Source: Entomortierella parvispora E1425 (lineage: Eukaryota; Fungi; Mortierellomycota). Taken from it: a DNA stretch of 64,000 nucleotides. Position numbers and translations under genes: made by a program. The stretch covers positions 434,001-498,000 of the forward strand of contig BQFW01000007.1 in the NCBI GenBank assembly GCA_020891255.1. Reading direction: 5' to 3'. The notes beneath the pieces were generated by a model that saw only the letters and a list, made by a program, of their open reading frames with translations, had not been told where the DNA came from and did no database searches. This document shows, piece after piece, positions 1 through 11,633 of this stretch. The stretch's first letter is position 1. Every line of letters starts with the position of its first letter.

Positions 1-2804
1 CTGTAAAAGTTTCTTGGCCTCCGAAAGCTGCTTCACTACTGCAAGTCCTTGTCCCAGCAATGTCTCCAGACTCAAACGTTGCAACATCCCGTCCAGTTGT
101 AAATCCAAACTCGCCAAATCAAGATGCCTTGATGAATAGAAGTCTTCTGCACCATTGTCTATCTTCCTCCTTCTCCGGAAATCGTGCTTTTGATTCTGGA
201 AACGGATCGCGTAATCACAATTCTTGACAAGGGTCGAATCCAACTGTCGGGCTAGGGTTTCTGCATCGCGTATCCGAAGGGTAGACATGGCCCGCCTTTG
301 TAACATCCGGACCAGGGACTGTAACCAAGGGGCCGACTTTAAAGTATTCGAAGGAAATTTGATGCGCGCCTCTGCAAGGACTTGTAAGGCTCCCTTCAAG
401 TCCCCGAGATTATGAAGCTGGTTCATAAAAGCGAGAATAAAATCAAATGTTAGTAAACGCGTCCCCTCTGTAATCCAAGCCATTTTCATTCATCAGTATG
501 CCTTACATCGGATGCCTTCCTAACTAGACTGTCAGCAGCGTTGTTGGCGTCGATTTCTGACGCGTAAAACTCCTCTTGAAGTTCGGAGTGTAGTGCAGAC
601 AGCCTCTGATTGCCTAGGAAGAAGATACCATAGAGGACAAAATCAGCTGCCATCATCAATTGAAGCACTCGAGCAAAAAAAAAGATGTCGAATCTGTACC
701 GTAGACGCCCCAAATAGAGGATTGAACTTGATGAATCATTCCTCCGACACCCTTTAGAGTGTTTCGTGTACTTATTGACAAAGCTCGTGCCAATGCAATA
801 AAGGCTTCCTGGGCCGATTCTCCATACTAAGCAAGTTATATCCATATCATGATATTTAGTCAGGGCACTTCATACAGGTGGCATTTGAAAACTAGCATCG
901 AGACTAACCGTCAGCTGAGATGTCGTAAGTTCAGAGAGGCATCTCAGTGTCTGCAGTTCCGGCGTATCAGATTGTCCAGCCATAGTCGTTAAAGCCTGCG
1001 TTTCTTCGGCTGTTGGTGTGGGATTGGCGATGTTTCTCGTCATACGGTATTGCCAGCTAATGTTAATACAGACGAGCCAAAAGTGAGTACTCCGATAGGT
1101 GGCTGAATCAGGACATGCAATCCAACTCCTGGAAACTCACTTTAAAGCATAGTTCATGCTATCCACTTGCTCCTCATTACGTGCCGCTTCGATCGTTTCT
1201 TGAAGCATCTACGGATGAAATCCAACGAAATCCAACGGAGCAGTAAGCACGGATTACAGCACTTTCTGTGAAGAATCTGAAAAGTGAATGAAACTTACAC
1301 GCAGCGCTTGCTCTCGGTGGCCGAAATTCATATGTAACAAGGCCATATCCAAACTGGAGTAAGGAAACAGGCTGATCATACTGTAATGTAGAGAATAGTC
1401 AAAAAACCTTTGAAGACTCTGACGTGCGTCTTCGTAATTGCCAATCTGTTGCGCTCGGATACTCCTTTTGAGGAGGATGAAGTGGAATAGAAGGGGTGTT
1501 AGTGTGTTATCATACGCATGACTACTACACTGAGGTCCGACATATGATACTATAGACCATACCGAAGGTAGAGGGATTTGGCGGATGCTGTAATCTCATT
1601 TTGAATTTCGTATGTGTGTTGAAGTAGCTCCTCTGAAAGTTCGGCGCAATCCGGTTCTGCGGAGAAAAACAGAAGGTCGTTAGTTATGATAGTATCGAAC
1701 ACTTCAATCTGTAAATGCTTTCCACATACTAGAGTATTCCGAGATCAGACTGTCCAGAAACTTCTCCACATCGGCATTTGCCAAGACTGTCAGTTCGGAT
1801 GATCCTGGCGAGACGCTCTCTATGAAAAGCTTTTCGTCCTGGGTTTGTATTGGCATGATGTAATTAATGAATGCTGCACTCAGCTTAGTCGAATCCTCGA
1901 AGGTCAGTTTCCTGTACTCTAATTGGGCTCTCCTGACGTAAAGTCCAAGGGGACTAGACGGGATCTACAATTCCGGTAAGAGAGGACGAAGTGCTTCGTC
2001 AATGAGCGAAGTAATTCCACAGGTGTTCAGGTCATTCTAGCTTAAAGCTCTATCCAAGGTTCATATTGCCATACCAACGCAAAGACAGCTCGCTCGTTCT
2101 ATGTCGGTATATCAGTGCATTGTCAAAAGAAAAAATAGGTATTGAGAATCATACTGCGATTATATCCATCACGCGACTTCTAATCAAAGATCGTTACCCC
2201 AATGTCCCGCTTGTTCACCACAAGTCCAAATAGACCGGCATCTCGAGTAATCGATGTCTCCGGATCTATGACCTCGATCTTTTCTCTCGATACGATGAAC
2301 TGACCCATCTCGAATGGACTGGCGATTCGTACGAGCTAAAGTGAAGTGCCCAAGGAATGAGACAATATGTAAGAGCCAAGTCATCTGAAGAAGCCAACAG
2401 TTATTTCTGAAAGAGTATACACACCATCCTGTATAGGTAATCACGCGCAAAGGCACCGACTTCGGATGCGACCCTTGCGCCAATCTCTGATGCCTCCGTA
2501 TTGCGATATTCCAATGGATCCTGAGGACAGTATAGATGGAGATGAAATAATAGCGTCAGGGAGATGAGCTAGCCCCAGATATCGGGAAATGTCCCCTTGG
2601 AGTACTCCTGCTATTCTTAAATCTTACCTCGATACATTCGAGTAGGAAAAGAAGGAGGTCTGTCGACGAAGCAGCAGGACACTGTCCCTGACAATAGAAT
2701 TCGATCAGGATGAGAATGGCGACCTTGTGCGGGGTCAGGTAGGGCACAAATGAGGTCGCGGCATTAATGGGCCGCATTCGCGCGTGAGCCGGTGGCTCGG
2801 TCAT
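1..2804 (-). CDS. APC5: Anaphase-promoting complex subunit 5 (multi-exon, 3' end outside the window)
   Basis: The N-terminus (ATG 2804) contains YLTPHKVAILILIE, the typical Apc5 start motif. Minus-strand exons near 1140-1420 read QRFFDYSLH...LDMALLHMNFGHREQAL and LQETIEAARNEEQVDSMNYAL|SWQY, matching the ANAPC5 TPR-like domain. The open frame continues to base 1. Confidence 0.88.
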
Positions 2805-3036
2805 AATGCGTACTGGCGAGGTATTCTTCCGATGGAGGGATGAAAGGAAGCATGGCAACATGCATGAAATGGACGCGCGCAGAGCAAAAAAAGATCAATA
2901 CACGTGACCTTTTTGTTCGCTTTTTTTTTTTTTTTTTTTTTTTTTTTTGCATCAACAATGTCCGAGTCAATCTATCGTTCATTCAACCACCTTCCATAAA
3001 TCCAGTCGGACAGAACAGGATAGCAGCTTTGAGGAC
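2805..3036. promoter_or_regulatory. Short bidirectional promoter between APC5 and RPR2
   Basis: The divergent ATGs are 232 bp apart. The interval holds CACGTG (2901-2906) and a T28 tract (2921-2948). Confidence 0.55.
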
Positions 3037-4016
3037 ATGGCCAAGAAGGACAAGAAGACAGAAGGTGCTGTGCAGAACAGGGAGATCTTCCAGCGCATGA
3101 ACTTCTTGTATCAGGCCGCCATCTGCATGGCTGCCATCACCACCCCAAGCTCAAACGCCTCCACTCAGGACCAGTCGACGACTACACCTGCCATGGACGT
3201 TGGCCAGGTGGAGGACAGCTCACTTCCTCCAGAGGATATTGTCAACGAGCCAGCACAGTCCACAGCATCAAACTCGAAGCTGAGCAGGGCACGGACCAGA
3301 GCGCAGTTCCGTGAAAACAAGTGCAGGATCGCAAAGGAACAGATCAGCACAAACATGGCCCACCATGGCTTGAAAAAGCGTAGCAGGCACCATGACGCGC
3401 ATTCCCTCTCGGGAGTCTCACGATTCTATGCTGCCACATTGCGTGAAGTTGGTCGCAAGAACGTCATTCGAATGTATGAAGCGGCCTTTGTTTTATTATC
3501 AGTCCTGATAACATGGATTGTGAATTCTTTGTTGGATGCCTCAATGAAGGGACATAAACTAACTGCTGATGGATCGTCTCCCTGACTTTTATTGCTGTCC
3601 ATAGTGCACCGGTCATCAAACGAACGATTTGTATACGCTGCGATGCCGTTTTGATCCCGTCCGTCAGTTGCGAGGTCCGCCTTGAAGGTAACAAGCGTGG
3701 ATTGACCTGCTGTTTTGTAATTTGACAGACAGACAGACTAGAGTCTGATGAAAGGTGTGGGGTATCTTCAGAAGCGAGTGCTAAAATTCCTTTTCGTCGC
3801 TGTCTTTTACTTGTAGCCAAACCACAACTGAACACACTCATGACTTGTACTGCCTGCGGTGCTTTTCGCCGATTCTACTGTATGCCTGGACGCGGCATCG
3901 AGGACGACCAGGCGGAAACGGAGCCAGAAGGGGCAAAGGAAACTACCGGGAAGAGCAACGGGCAACCTGTCAAGGAACACCCGACTGGACCTAAAGAAGC
4001 CATGGCGGAGTCTTGA
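3037..4016 (+). CDS. RPR2: RNase P subunit Rpr2/Rpp21 (3 exons)
   Basis: NREIFQRMNFLYQAA, SRFYAATLREVGRKNVIR, then after introns APVIKRTICIRCDAVLIP and LMTCTACGAFRRF (two CxxC zinc-binding pairs). Stop TGA at 4014-4016. Confidence 0.88.
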
Positions 4017-4020
4017 AAGA

Positions 4021-4550
4021 GGACAGAACTCAAAGGTCGTGGACTTCCATGATAAGCAGTTAGCGCTGTTTTTGCATTTACCGGAGCGATTTGGGCGCAG
4101 CATGCATCGGCAACTGCATAGCAACGAACAAAAGAGGCCGATTTTCATCAAAAGACCGAGCCCCATGTACCATACATCCTTGTACATTATTTTTCTAATT
4201 AAACAGGCTGACTGGAAAACATTTATCGGTCTGGAGATAGTGCGGCGAAGCACAGGTTTTTATGTGGGCCCATGTCTACCTAACATCGGACAAAAATGAA
4301 ACTCAAACACCATTGTAGTCGCAGGGAAGCAGCTCGACTTGCGGATGCCTTGCACTTCTGGAGGAGGGTAATCGTGAACAAAGGAGTAGCTGGGTCGTGT
4401 GAAGTTCACACCTTGATACGGATATGATGCCCCTTGCCGCTGGTCTAGGCGCAAGCTGTGGAATCATCTCGTCTCTCAAGATACCCTACGTATTGCCGGT
4501 GACAATGTTGTTGCTACCTTGACGAAGTGTTGAAGCAAGAACGACACATT
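4021..4550 (+). pseudogene. Possible highly degenerate RNI-type LRR relic
   Basis: Frame-broken peptides NIGQK*, EAARLADAL, IVNKGV..EVHTLI, LAAGLGASCGIISSLKI and GDNVVATLTKC*SKNDT resemble the 28-aa repeat of the neighbouring LRR genes. The similarity is weak. Confidence 0.3.
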
Positions 4551-4739
4551 CTACAAATCAAGCTAAAAAATCCCTCCTGGGTGTAATATGAACCTTCATA
4601 AACGCGCCTCAGACATCATGCATAAATTACTGCGCGACGAAATGCCTCTAGTCGAGCCCACAGTCCAGAAGCACATAAAAAGGCAAAGGAACCCGAAAGA
4701 CCAAAAAGAAGCATCCAAATGATCGCCATCTGCCCCTCT

Positions 4740-4790
4740 CAGTTCCCTTGAAATTTTTTTGGGTCGCACAAAACAAAGGAAGGCAAAGCA
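4740..4790 (+). promoter_or_regulatory. Upstream element shared with paralog B
   Basis: CAGTTCCCTTGAAATTTTT (4740-4758) and AAGGCAAAGCA (4780-4790) both recur upstream of the second LRR gene. Confidence 0.55.
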
Positions 4791-4918
4791 AAGGCAAAAA
4801 AAGTGTTTGGTTTGCGCTTTTGCTCTCCCTTCACTCTTGCCCTTGCCCTTTTTGCAATTCATGCACCGTTCTGTCCCGTCATCATCTTGTTCTTAGCTAC
4901 AATACCGTCCCTCAAGCG

Positions 4919-7900
4919 ATGGAAGAAACTCAAGCCTTTCGAGTGGCTGGCACAGATGAAATCGTAGCAATTGCACTTGAGCATGTAGACGGGGAGGATG
5001 GTATCTTTTGGGAGGACATCGAGCAAGTGTTTCCTGGAGCCATTGCCGTCGTCAACGAGACTCTTGAGGTCGAATACTTGCAGGATGCGAATGGTGAAAG
5101 GTAATCTAAAGGAATTTTCTTGTTAGGATGAATGAGCGATGAATTCTGTTTTAACCATAACCCTTCATTGGATCAGATATCTCCCTCTTCGAATAGGTTA
5201 CCATCCTGGGGTTGTTCTGGAAGTCATCTTGTTATCTTCCTTCAACAATCCTTCCGGCGACTCTTCTGCAGAAAACTCAACATCAACGTTCGATAATTTC
5301 TTAGCCGACCTTTTTTTATCCTCCTCAGCCGACAATATCACGACGCTCTCAAGGTCGTTTTCTAATATTGCTGTCACTGCGGGGCCGTTCACTACCCTAG
5401 AACCCTCGGACCCACAAAATGCGACCCTTGCCAGAATTAACTTGACATATACCCAGAGTCAACAAAGCATACTTGCCACCACAGCTCTGGAACTGGCTCG
5501 CGAATCTGGAATCACATTGGACCCTGAACAGATCAGCTTACTCTTCAATGCAGAGGTGGCGCGGGCATTGAGGTCCTCGCCGGAGTTTGAGAATGCGCTG
5601 TTCAATAGACTTAACCACCTCCACGACCAAGCCTCTCAGTCAGAGCAGATTTACAGCGAGTTGGCAAAGCTGCAGCGACAGATGATGGACCGATCGACTC
5701 TGATTCTAAGCAAAACCGAGGCTGTCTTGACTCAAAATTCAGATTTGGCAGAGTGTCCAATCCCTCGATTGTTTATAGTCATGCCCGAGGAGCCGACACA
5801 ATATGAACCCTTAAACTGGCTCACGACCGTGTTCCGTCTGTATTTCATCTGTGAATGTGGCGAACACACCAAAGCGTCTGGAAGCAAGATCCCCCATCAT
5901 CTCCACCTGGCGAACCATGAAGGATATGTCATCCGTGAACCAATCGAATTCTTTGAGAAATACGGTCCGTTTCTCTTTCTAATGCTGGAGCTAATCAAGC
6001 AAGGGACAACCATCACCGGTCATGCTGTGCCTCCCTTGGCCAGTTTTCAAACAGTCGAACTAGGTGCTTCCGGTCAACATCCAGTTGCAACCGTCATTGA
6101 CAGAATCGACTACTCTCTTGCGTGTATTCACAACCAGATCAAAGAATATCAAGCGACTTCACAAACAGATCTTGACGACACAGATCATCTCATACCAACG
6201 ACACAACAAGAGCTTGCCAATTACCTGAACAATATTGATAGTATCAATACTGTCGACTTGGGCAACCTCAAATCATTTTTGGAGGCTGCAGAAGGCGCCA
6301 ATCTTCGTGGAATCTTGCGCCGAATGATAACCTTGGACGGTCATTTCAAGTGGGTCTGTCCTAACCACTATCGATCAGGATGCGAAAAAGCGCACACTGA
6401 GAAACTTCACCAAGAAGTTCAGCTGGCTGGCGGAAAGTTTGATGAACAGTTGGGAAAAGTTGAGATTGCCTTACGCTCCAGTAATGATGCAACTCGGTTC
6501 TTCAATGTCATGTGTAACGTCAAGAGCGTCCTCGAGCTCATCGTGGATTTGAAGTGGGAGTGCGATAAAAAGGATCTTGAAGCGCTAGAGGTAGCGATCA
6601 GGAAATCATTAGTATCAATTCTTCATGTTGACATCCAGAAGTTTCAACCAAGTTTCATTCGCAGGCTATCGTCAATATCCGTACGATACGAAGGATTCTA
6701 CCGTCTAATGGACCCCCCAAGCCTGAAGTCACTCCATATGGTTCTTCCACAGAACATCGTCAAGCTTTCGAATTTCACACCAAAAAAGCCGGGCCACATC
6801 CGCAAGGTTTCCTTTGAGATAGTTGTTGGATCTTATGAAGGATATCCCGGGAAAGAAGTGCGAAGCCACACAGAGGTGCTCGAGACCAACGACAAGGTGA
6901 CCACCATGTACATATGGGACACCTCGATCAAAGAAAGAGGAGCCTATCCTTTATCAGTGGCACTCAAGACTAGCTCGGCTCTTACCTCTTTGCGCTTGAC
7001 CAACAACTTGGTCGGAGAGAAAGGAACTCGGACATTGTCTGAAGCTCTCAGAAGCAACGAATCTCTGGAAATATTGAGGCTAAGCAACAATTCAATTGGA
7101 GAGAAAGGGGCAAAGGCTCTGTCCACAGCACTCAAATCAAACTCGACAATAACCACGTTAATCTTGGACAACAATTCAATTGGAGCGAGCGGGACTCGAC
7201 TGCTATCCGACGCGCTCGAAGTGAACGAGGTTTTGACTACTCTGGACTTGCAAAACAATTCAATAGGCGAAAGAGGAGCAAAGGCTCTGTCAGTGGCCCT
7301 AAAGGTCAACTCGACCCTCGCCACTTTGCATTTGGGGTTCAACGCTATTGGTGAAGTTGGGGCCCGGGCGATATTTACGGCCCTCAAGAACAACACTGGG
7401 CTTACTACGTTGAACTTGAACGACAACTCGATTGGAAAGAAGGGGGCGCGGGCGCTATCCGAGGCTCTCAAGATGAACTCGACCCTGATCACGTTGAATT
7501 TAGACGGCAATCCACTTGGCGATAAGGGTGTTCAGTTGCTGTCAGAGGCATTAGAGGTCAACGAGGGTTTAGGGGCTTTGAGCCTGTGGGACAGCTTGAT
7601 CGGGGAGATTGGAGCTCTGGCTCTAGCTAAAGCACTCGAGATCAACAAGACTCTAGTATCTTTGGACTTGTGGGGCAATTCGATTGGAGAGAAAGGAACA
7701 AAAGCACTCTCGGAGGCACTTGAAATCAACAAGACTTTGGTCACTTTGGTTTTGGACAAGAACTCGATTGGAGAGAATGGGGCTATAGCACTGGCCGAGG
7801 TCCTCAAGACAAACCAAACCCTGACCACGTTGAGAATGGAAGCCAACTCAATCGGAGATAAGGGGGCCGAGGCAATATCGACAGCACTCCTGAGAAACAG

Positions 7901-8087
7901 CACATTGACGACTCTCCACTTGTGGGATCGATCGATCGGAGAGGTGGGGGTGGGGGCGTTGAGAGCAGCACAACTGTCGAACGCTACTCTTATCGACGTC
8001 GACTGGAACGACAGCTTGTCAGTAGAAGACGAAGACCAATTGGCGAATCGTTCCATTTTACAGTGTGTAGAACCCCATGAAGAATGA
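4919..8087 (+). CDS. RNI-like LRR protein A (N-terminal putative beta-grasp domain, coiled coil, TORNADO1-C-like domain, 13 LRRs)
   Basis: Exon 1 is 4919-5100 (MEETQAFRV...), the phase-2 intron is 5101-5176, and exon 2 is open to TGA 8087. It contains PIPRLFIV, FRLYFICECGEH, HHLHLANHEGY and DGHFKWVCPNHY, then 28-aa repeats of the type LxxLxLxxNSIGEKGAKALSEALKxNxT. Confidence 0.9.
6897..7988 (+). repeat. Intragenic array of 13 x 84-bp LRR units
   Basis: 1092 bp = 13 x 84. The first unit is degenerate and the remaining 12 match the consensus. Confidence 0.9.
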
Positions 8088-8804
8088 AAAAGGAGATAGA
8101 CTTTCAAGCAACCAGATGTGTCTCTGTCCGTGTCATTTACCAAACCCAGGCACAATCCCACCTTGATACCTCGAGCGTCCTGGATTCGTAAAAAGTCAAT
8201 GCTCCCTCAATCGCTGCTGTATCAACTTGATTTAATGCTTGTTACGACTGTACCTTTTATATAAGCATGTGCACTATATATATACTATTTCGCCGCTCGA
8301 TCCCCGTCTACCATTGTCTCCTGACCGCGCGACCTGTACTGTCCACCAGGAACTAAACTGACACTGCGGGAATATGTCTCACCATTACCATTCGAATGCT
8401 CTTCCCGATGAATGGTGAATGAATGCAACTTCTCATCAGTAAGAATGTGACGCAACCATACGTCTTTTTTTAACTTCCTGGTGCAGATTGAACTCGCCTT
8501 TTCTCTGGTGGCGGTTCAAACCAGTTCAAGCTGTACACATCGCGGTATTTTCTCCAAAACCGACTACCGTACGTTGGCGAGGCTTTTGAAGGGCTACCAA
8601 TTGGACCTGACCTGAATGGGAGAAGAATAAGGATTCTTTGTAGCGGTGGTGACCGAGCATTGACGAAAGACAGATCCAGCGCTGGATGAGTCGCGCTTTA
8701 CTGTTTGATCAAGAGAGCAATAACAACGCGTCAGGAACAGATGTGATGGGGAGCAAAATCAAAAATAAAGCAAAGACAGACACGCCTGGACAATGCATTG
8801 GGTG

Positions 8805-8861
8805 CAGTTCCCTTGAAATTTTTCTTGTGCAACATGCAAACACCAAAAAAAAGGCAAAGCA
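8805..8861 (+). promoter_or_regulatory. Upstream element shared with paralog A
   Basis: CAGTTCCCTTGAAATTTTT (8805-8823) and AAGGCAAAGCA (8851-8861), in the same order as upstream of gene A. Confidence 0.55.
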
Positions 8862-8870
8862 GCAGGATGG

Positions 8871-8932
8871 TCGACTGGATTTTGTGTTTGCCCTCGACTG
8901 GATTTTGTGTTTGCCCCCGATTGTGTTTGCCC
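8871..8932 (+). repeat. 23-bp tandem direct repeat (2 exact copies plus a partial copy)
   Basis: TCGACTGGATTTTGTGTTTGCCC at 8871-8893 and 8894-8916, then CCGATTGTGTTTGCCC. Confidence 0.9.
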
Positions 8933-9036
8933 TTTTTACTTTCTTCCCAACTCTGCCACCACGCCTCAACTTCTTTGCCCGCTCAGCATTTTCATTATTC
9001 TCATCCCTCACCTCTCTTCAATCTCATACCAGGGCC

Positions 9037-11633
9037 ATGGAAAAGACCCAAGCTTTTCGGGCGGCAGGCACATCTGGAATCGTCACTATCGACGTGGAAC
9101 ATATCAGTGGACATAACGTCGTCTTTTGGGATGACATCCAGCAAGTCTTTCCAGGGGCTAGAATTGTCAAGAATGGCACCTCAGCAGTGACTTTCATGAG
9201 GGATTCAAACGGGATAAGGTAACAAAAAGGAAACCTGGCTTGCGAGTGGGACCCTCCTAACCCAACCGTATGCTCTTCTCTAGATTTCAGCCGCACCGCA
9301 TCAAATGCTTCCCAGGCATCGTCTTGGACGTTGTATATGATACTCCTGCTGATTCTCCAGTTCCTTTGCACACGACTCTCTACAAAACTCCAACTCTTAC
9401 ACCATCACCGGACGTCAAAGATAATCTTGCACCGATTCCCGTCAAGGTTTTTCTTCCTGGCTCTGACATTGCTCTTCCACCAAGCTCCAGCATAACGACT
9501 TCACCGCAAGAGATAGCCCTAACAAAAGGAGAAACAACCCACGCCTCGGATGCAGTGGCCACAGCCATTGAATTACCCGACCAATCCCGGACGCAGCTGA
9601 CCACAGGACAGCTCACGTCGCTATTAAATTCACAGCTGGCGCAGGCGTTGACGGCCAAGACAGGATTCGAGAATGTGGTAATTCGCGGACTAGGTGCGAT
9701 CCACGACCAAGCAGTCCAGACACAACAAATTGCTCGGGAAGTTTTCGAACTACAAAAGCAGATGAATGACCGATTAACCATGATCCAGAACAAAACGGAG
9801 GCTATTTTGACTCAGCAGTTTGAACTGGCCGAATATCCAATCCCTCGATTGTTTATTGTACTGCCGGAGGAATCAACAACATACAATCCCGCCAACTGGT
9901 TCGGCACAAAGTTCCGCTTGTACTTTATCTGTGAGTGTGGTGAGCATACTATGACGGCAGGAAGCAGGACCCCGCATCACCTTCACCTGGCGAAACATGA
10001 AGGATATCCCCTCCGCCAACCACTCGAGTTTTTCAGCAGATATGGCCCATATCTCATGCTGATGCTTCAGATGATCAAATTTGGAACTTCTGTCGCTGGC
10101 TATGTTGTACCACCCTTGTCTAGCCTCAAGGTGGTTGAGCTGAATGCTTCTGTCCAACAGTCTGTTGAGACTATCACTGCCAAGATTGACTACTCTCTCA
10201 AATGCATTGAGGATCAAATGGAGAAGGAGAAGGAGCCACCAGTAGGAAATCTGGACGACATGAACGATCGTACACCGGTGGCGCAACAGGACATGGTCAG
10301 CTGCTTAAACAATATCGAAACCCTTGAAGGTGCAGATCTTCGGCACCTGGAATCATTCTTGAAGACAGGGGATGACAAGGTTCTTGGTAACCTCTATCGA
10401 ATGGTTACTCCAGATGGCCACCTCAAATGGGTGTGTATTGATCATTATCGGGCTGGATATCAGGAGAGACACACTCAGAAACTGCGAAATATTGTCTCGC
10501 TGGCCGGCGGAAAATTTGATGAGCAATTGGGAAAGGTTGACATCGCTCTACAGTCCAGTATAGCTGCCGCCGAGTTTTATGATTCCCTCTGCAAGGCGAA
10601 AGGTGTTGTTGAGCTCAATCTGGATATGAGATGGGATTGTACAAAGAGAGATTTGGAAGCACTGCAGGATGCGCTCAAAAAATCCACAATCTCCATCGTG
10701 TATATTGATGTCCATCGGTTCAGATCAAGCCTTTCGAGCAGACTTTCGGCACCCTCACTCAAACATGCAGGACTTTATCGACTACTGGAGCCTGCTAATT
10801 TGAAATCCATCCACCTTGTCCTTCCAAACGATTTTGGCAAGGTTTCCAATTTCACGCCAAAGATACCCCCTCATCTTCACAAATTATCGTTTGATATTGC
10901 TGTCGGATCGTCGAAAAATAAGGAGCTTAGAGTACTCGCAGAGGCGCTCGGGAACAACCCTGCTCAGATCACTTTACATTTGCGGGATAAACCCGTCATT
11001 GAAACAGGAAGCCTGGCTCTCGTCCGAGCAGCCGAAACCAACGCGACTGTGACCTCTCTGAATTTGTTTCGCAACTCAATTGGCGACAAGGGATTGCAGG
11101 CATTGTCCGACGCACTTAAATGGGACTCGAACCTGGTTTCGTTGAACTTACAGTCTAATCTGATTGGTGACAAGGGCGCGCGAGCACTCTCTAAAGCACT
11201 CATGACGAACACTACTCTGACGTCGCTGATCTTGCTTGCCAACTCGATCGGATCCAAAGGAGCTCAGGCCCTGGCCGAGGCGCTCAAGATCAATAGCACG
11301 CTAACTGACCTGAATCTACAGTCCAACTCGATTGGAGAAAAGGGGGCACAGGCAATAGCCGAGGCACTGAAAACCAACTCCACTTTGACTTCATTGAACT
11401 TGGCCGCCAACCCGATTGGAGTGATTGGTAACCAGGCACTTGCTGAGGCACTCAAGGTCAAGACCACCTTACTCAAATTGGAAATCAGTCCAGCTGGGGG
11501 AAAAGGGCCGTTCGTTCATGCTGGAGCAAGCAAATCTAATCCATCACTTGCCAACATGACCACCAAAGGAACAGCTATGCAGCTAGCACTGGAGGAGTCG
11601 TTCGGTCGTAGGAGAGTTTCGAATCGCGAATAA
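9037..11633 (+). CDS. RNI-like LRR protein B, tandem paralog of A (6 LRRs plus a degenerate tail)
   Basis: Exon 1 is 9037-9218 (182 nt, the same length and phase as in A) and the intron is 9219-9283. It carries the same motifs: YPIPRLFIVLP, FRLYFICECGEH, HHLHLAKHEGY, DGHLKWVCIDHY. LRR units span 10965-11468. Confidence 0.9.

Noticed and set aside
6897-7988. Regular 84-bp periodicity as a possible CRISPR-like array
   Set aside because: It is a coding LRR repeat with no spacer-repeat structure, in eukaryotic DNA.
6944-8161. Long antisense ORFs over the LRR arrays (also 10964-11476)
   Set aside because: Shadow frames produced by the repetitive sense-strand coding sequence.
8488-8520. Imperfect inverted repeat TTGAACTCGCC...GGCGGTTCAA
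   Set aside because: Only about 10 bp of stem, with no partner terminus or target-site duplication. Chance level.
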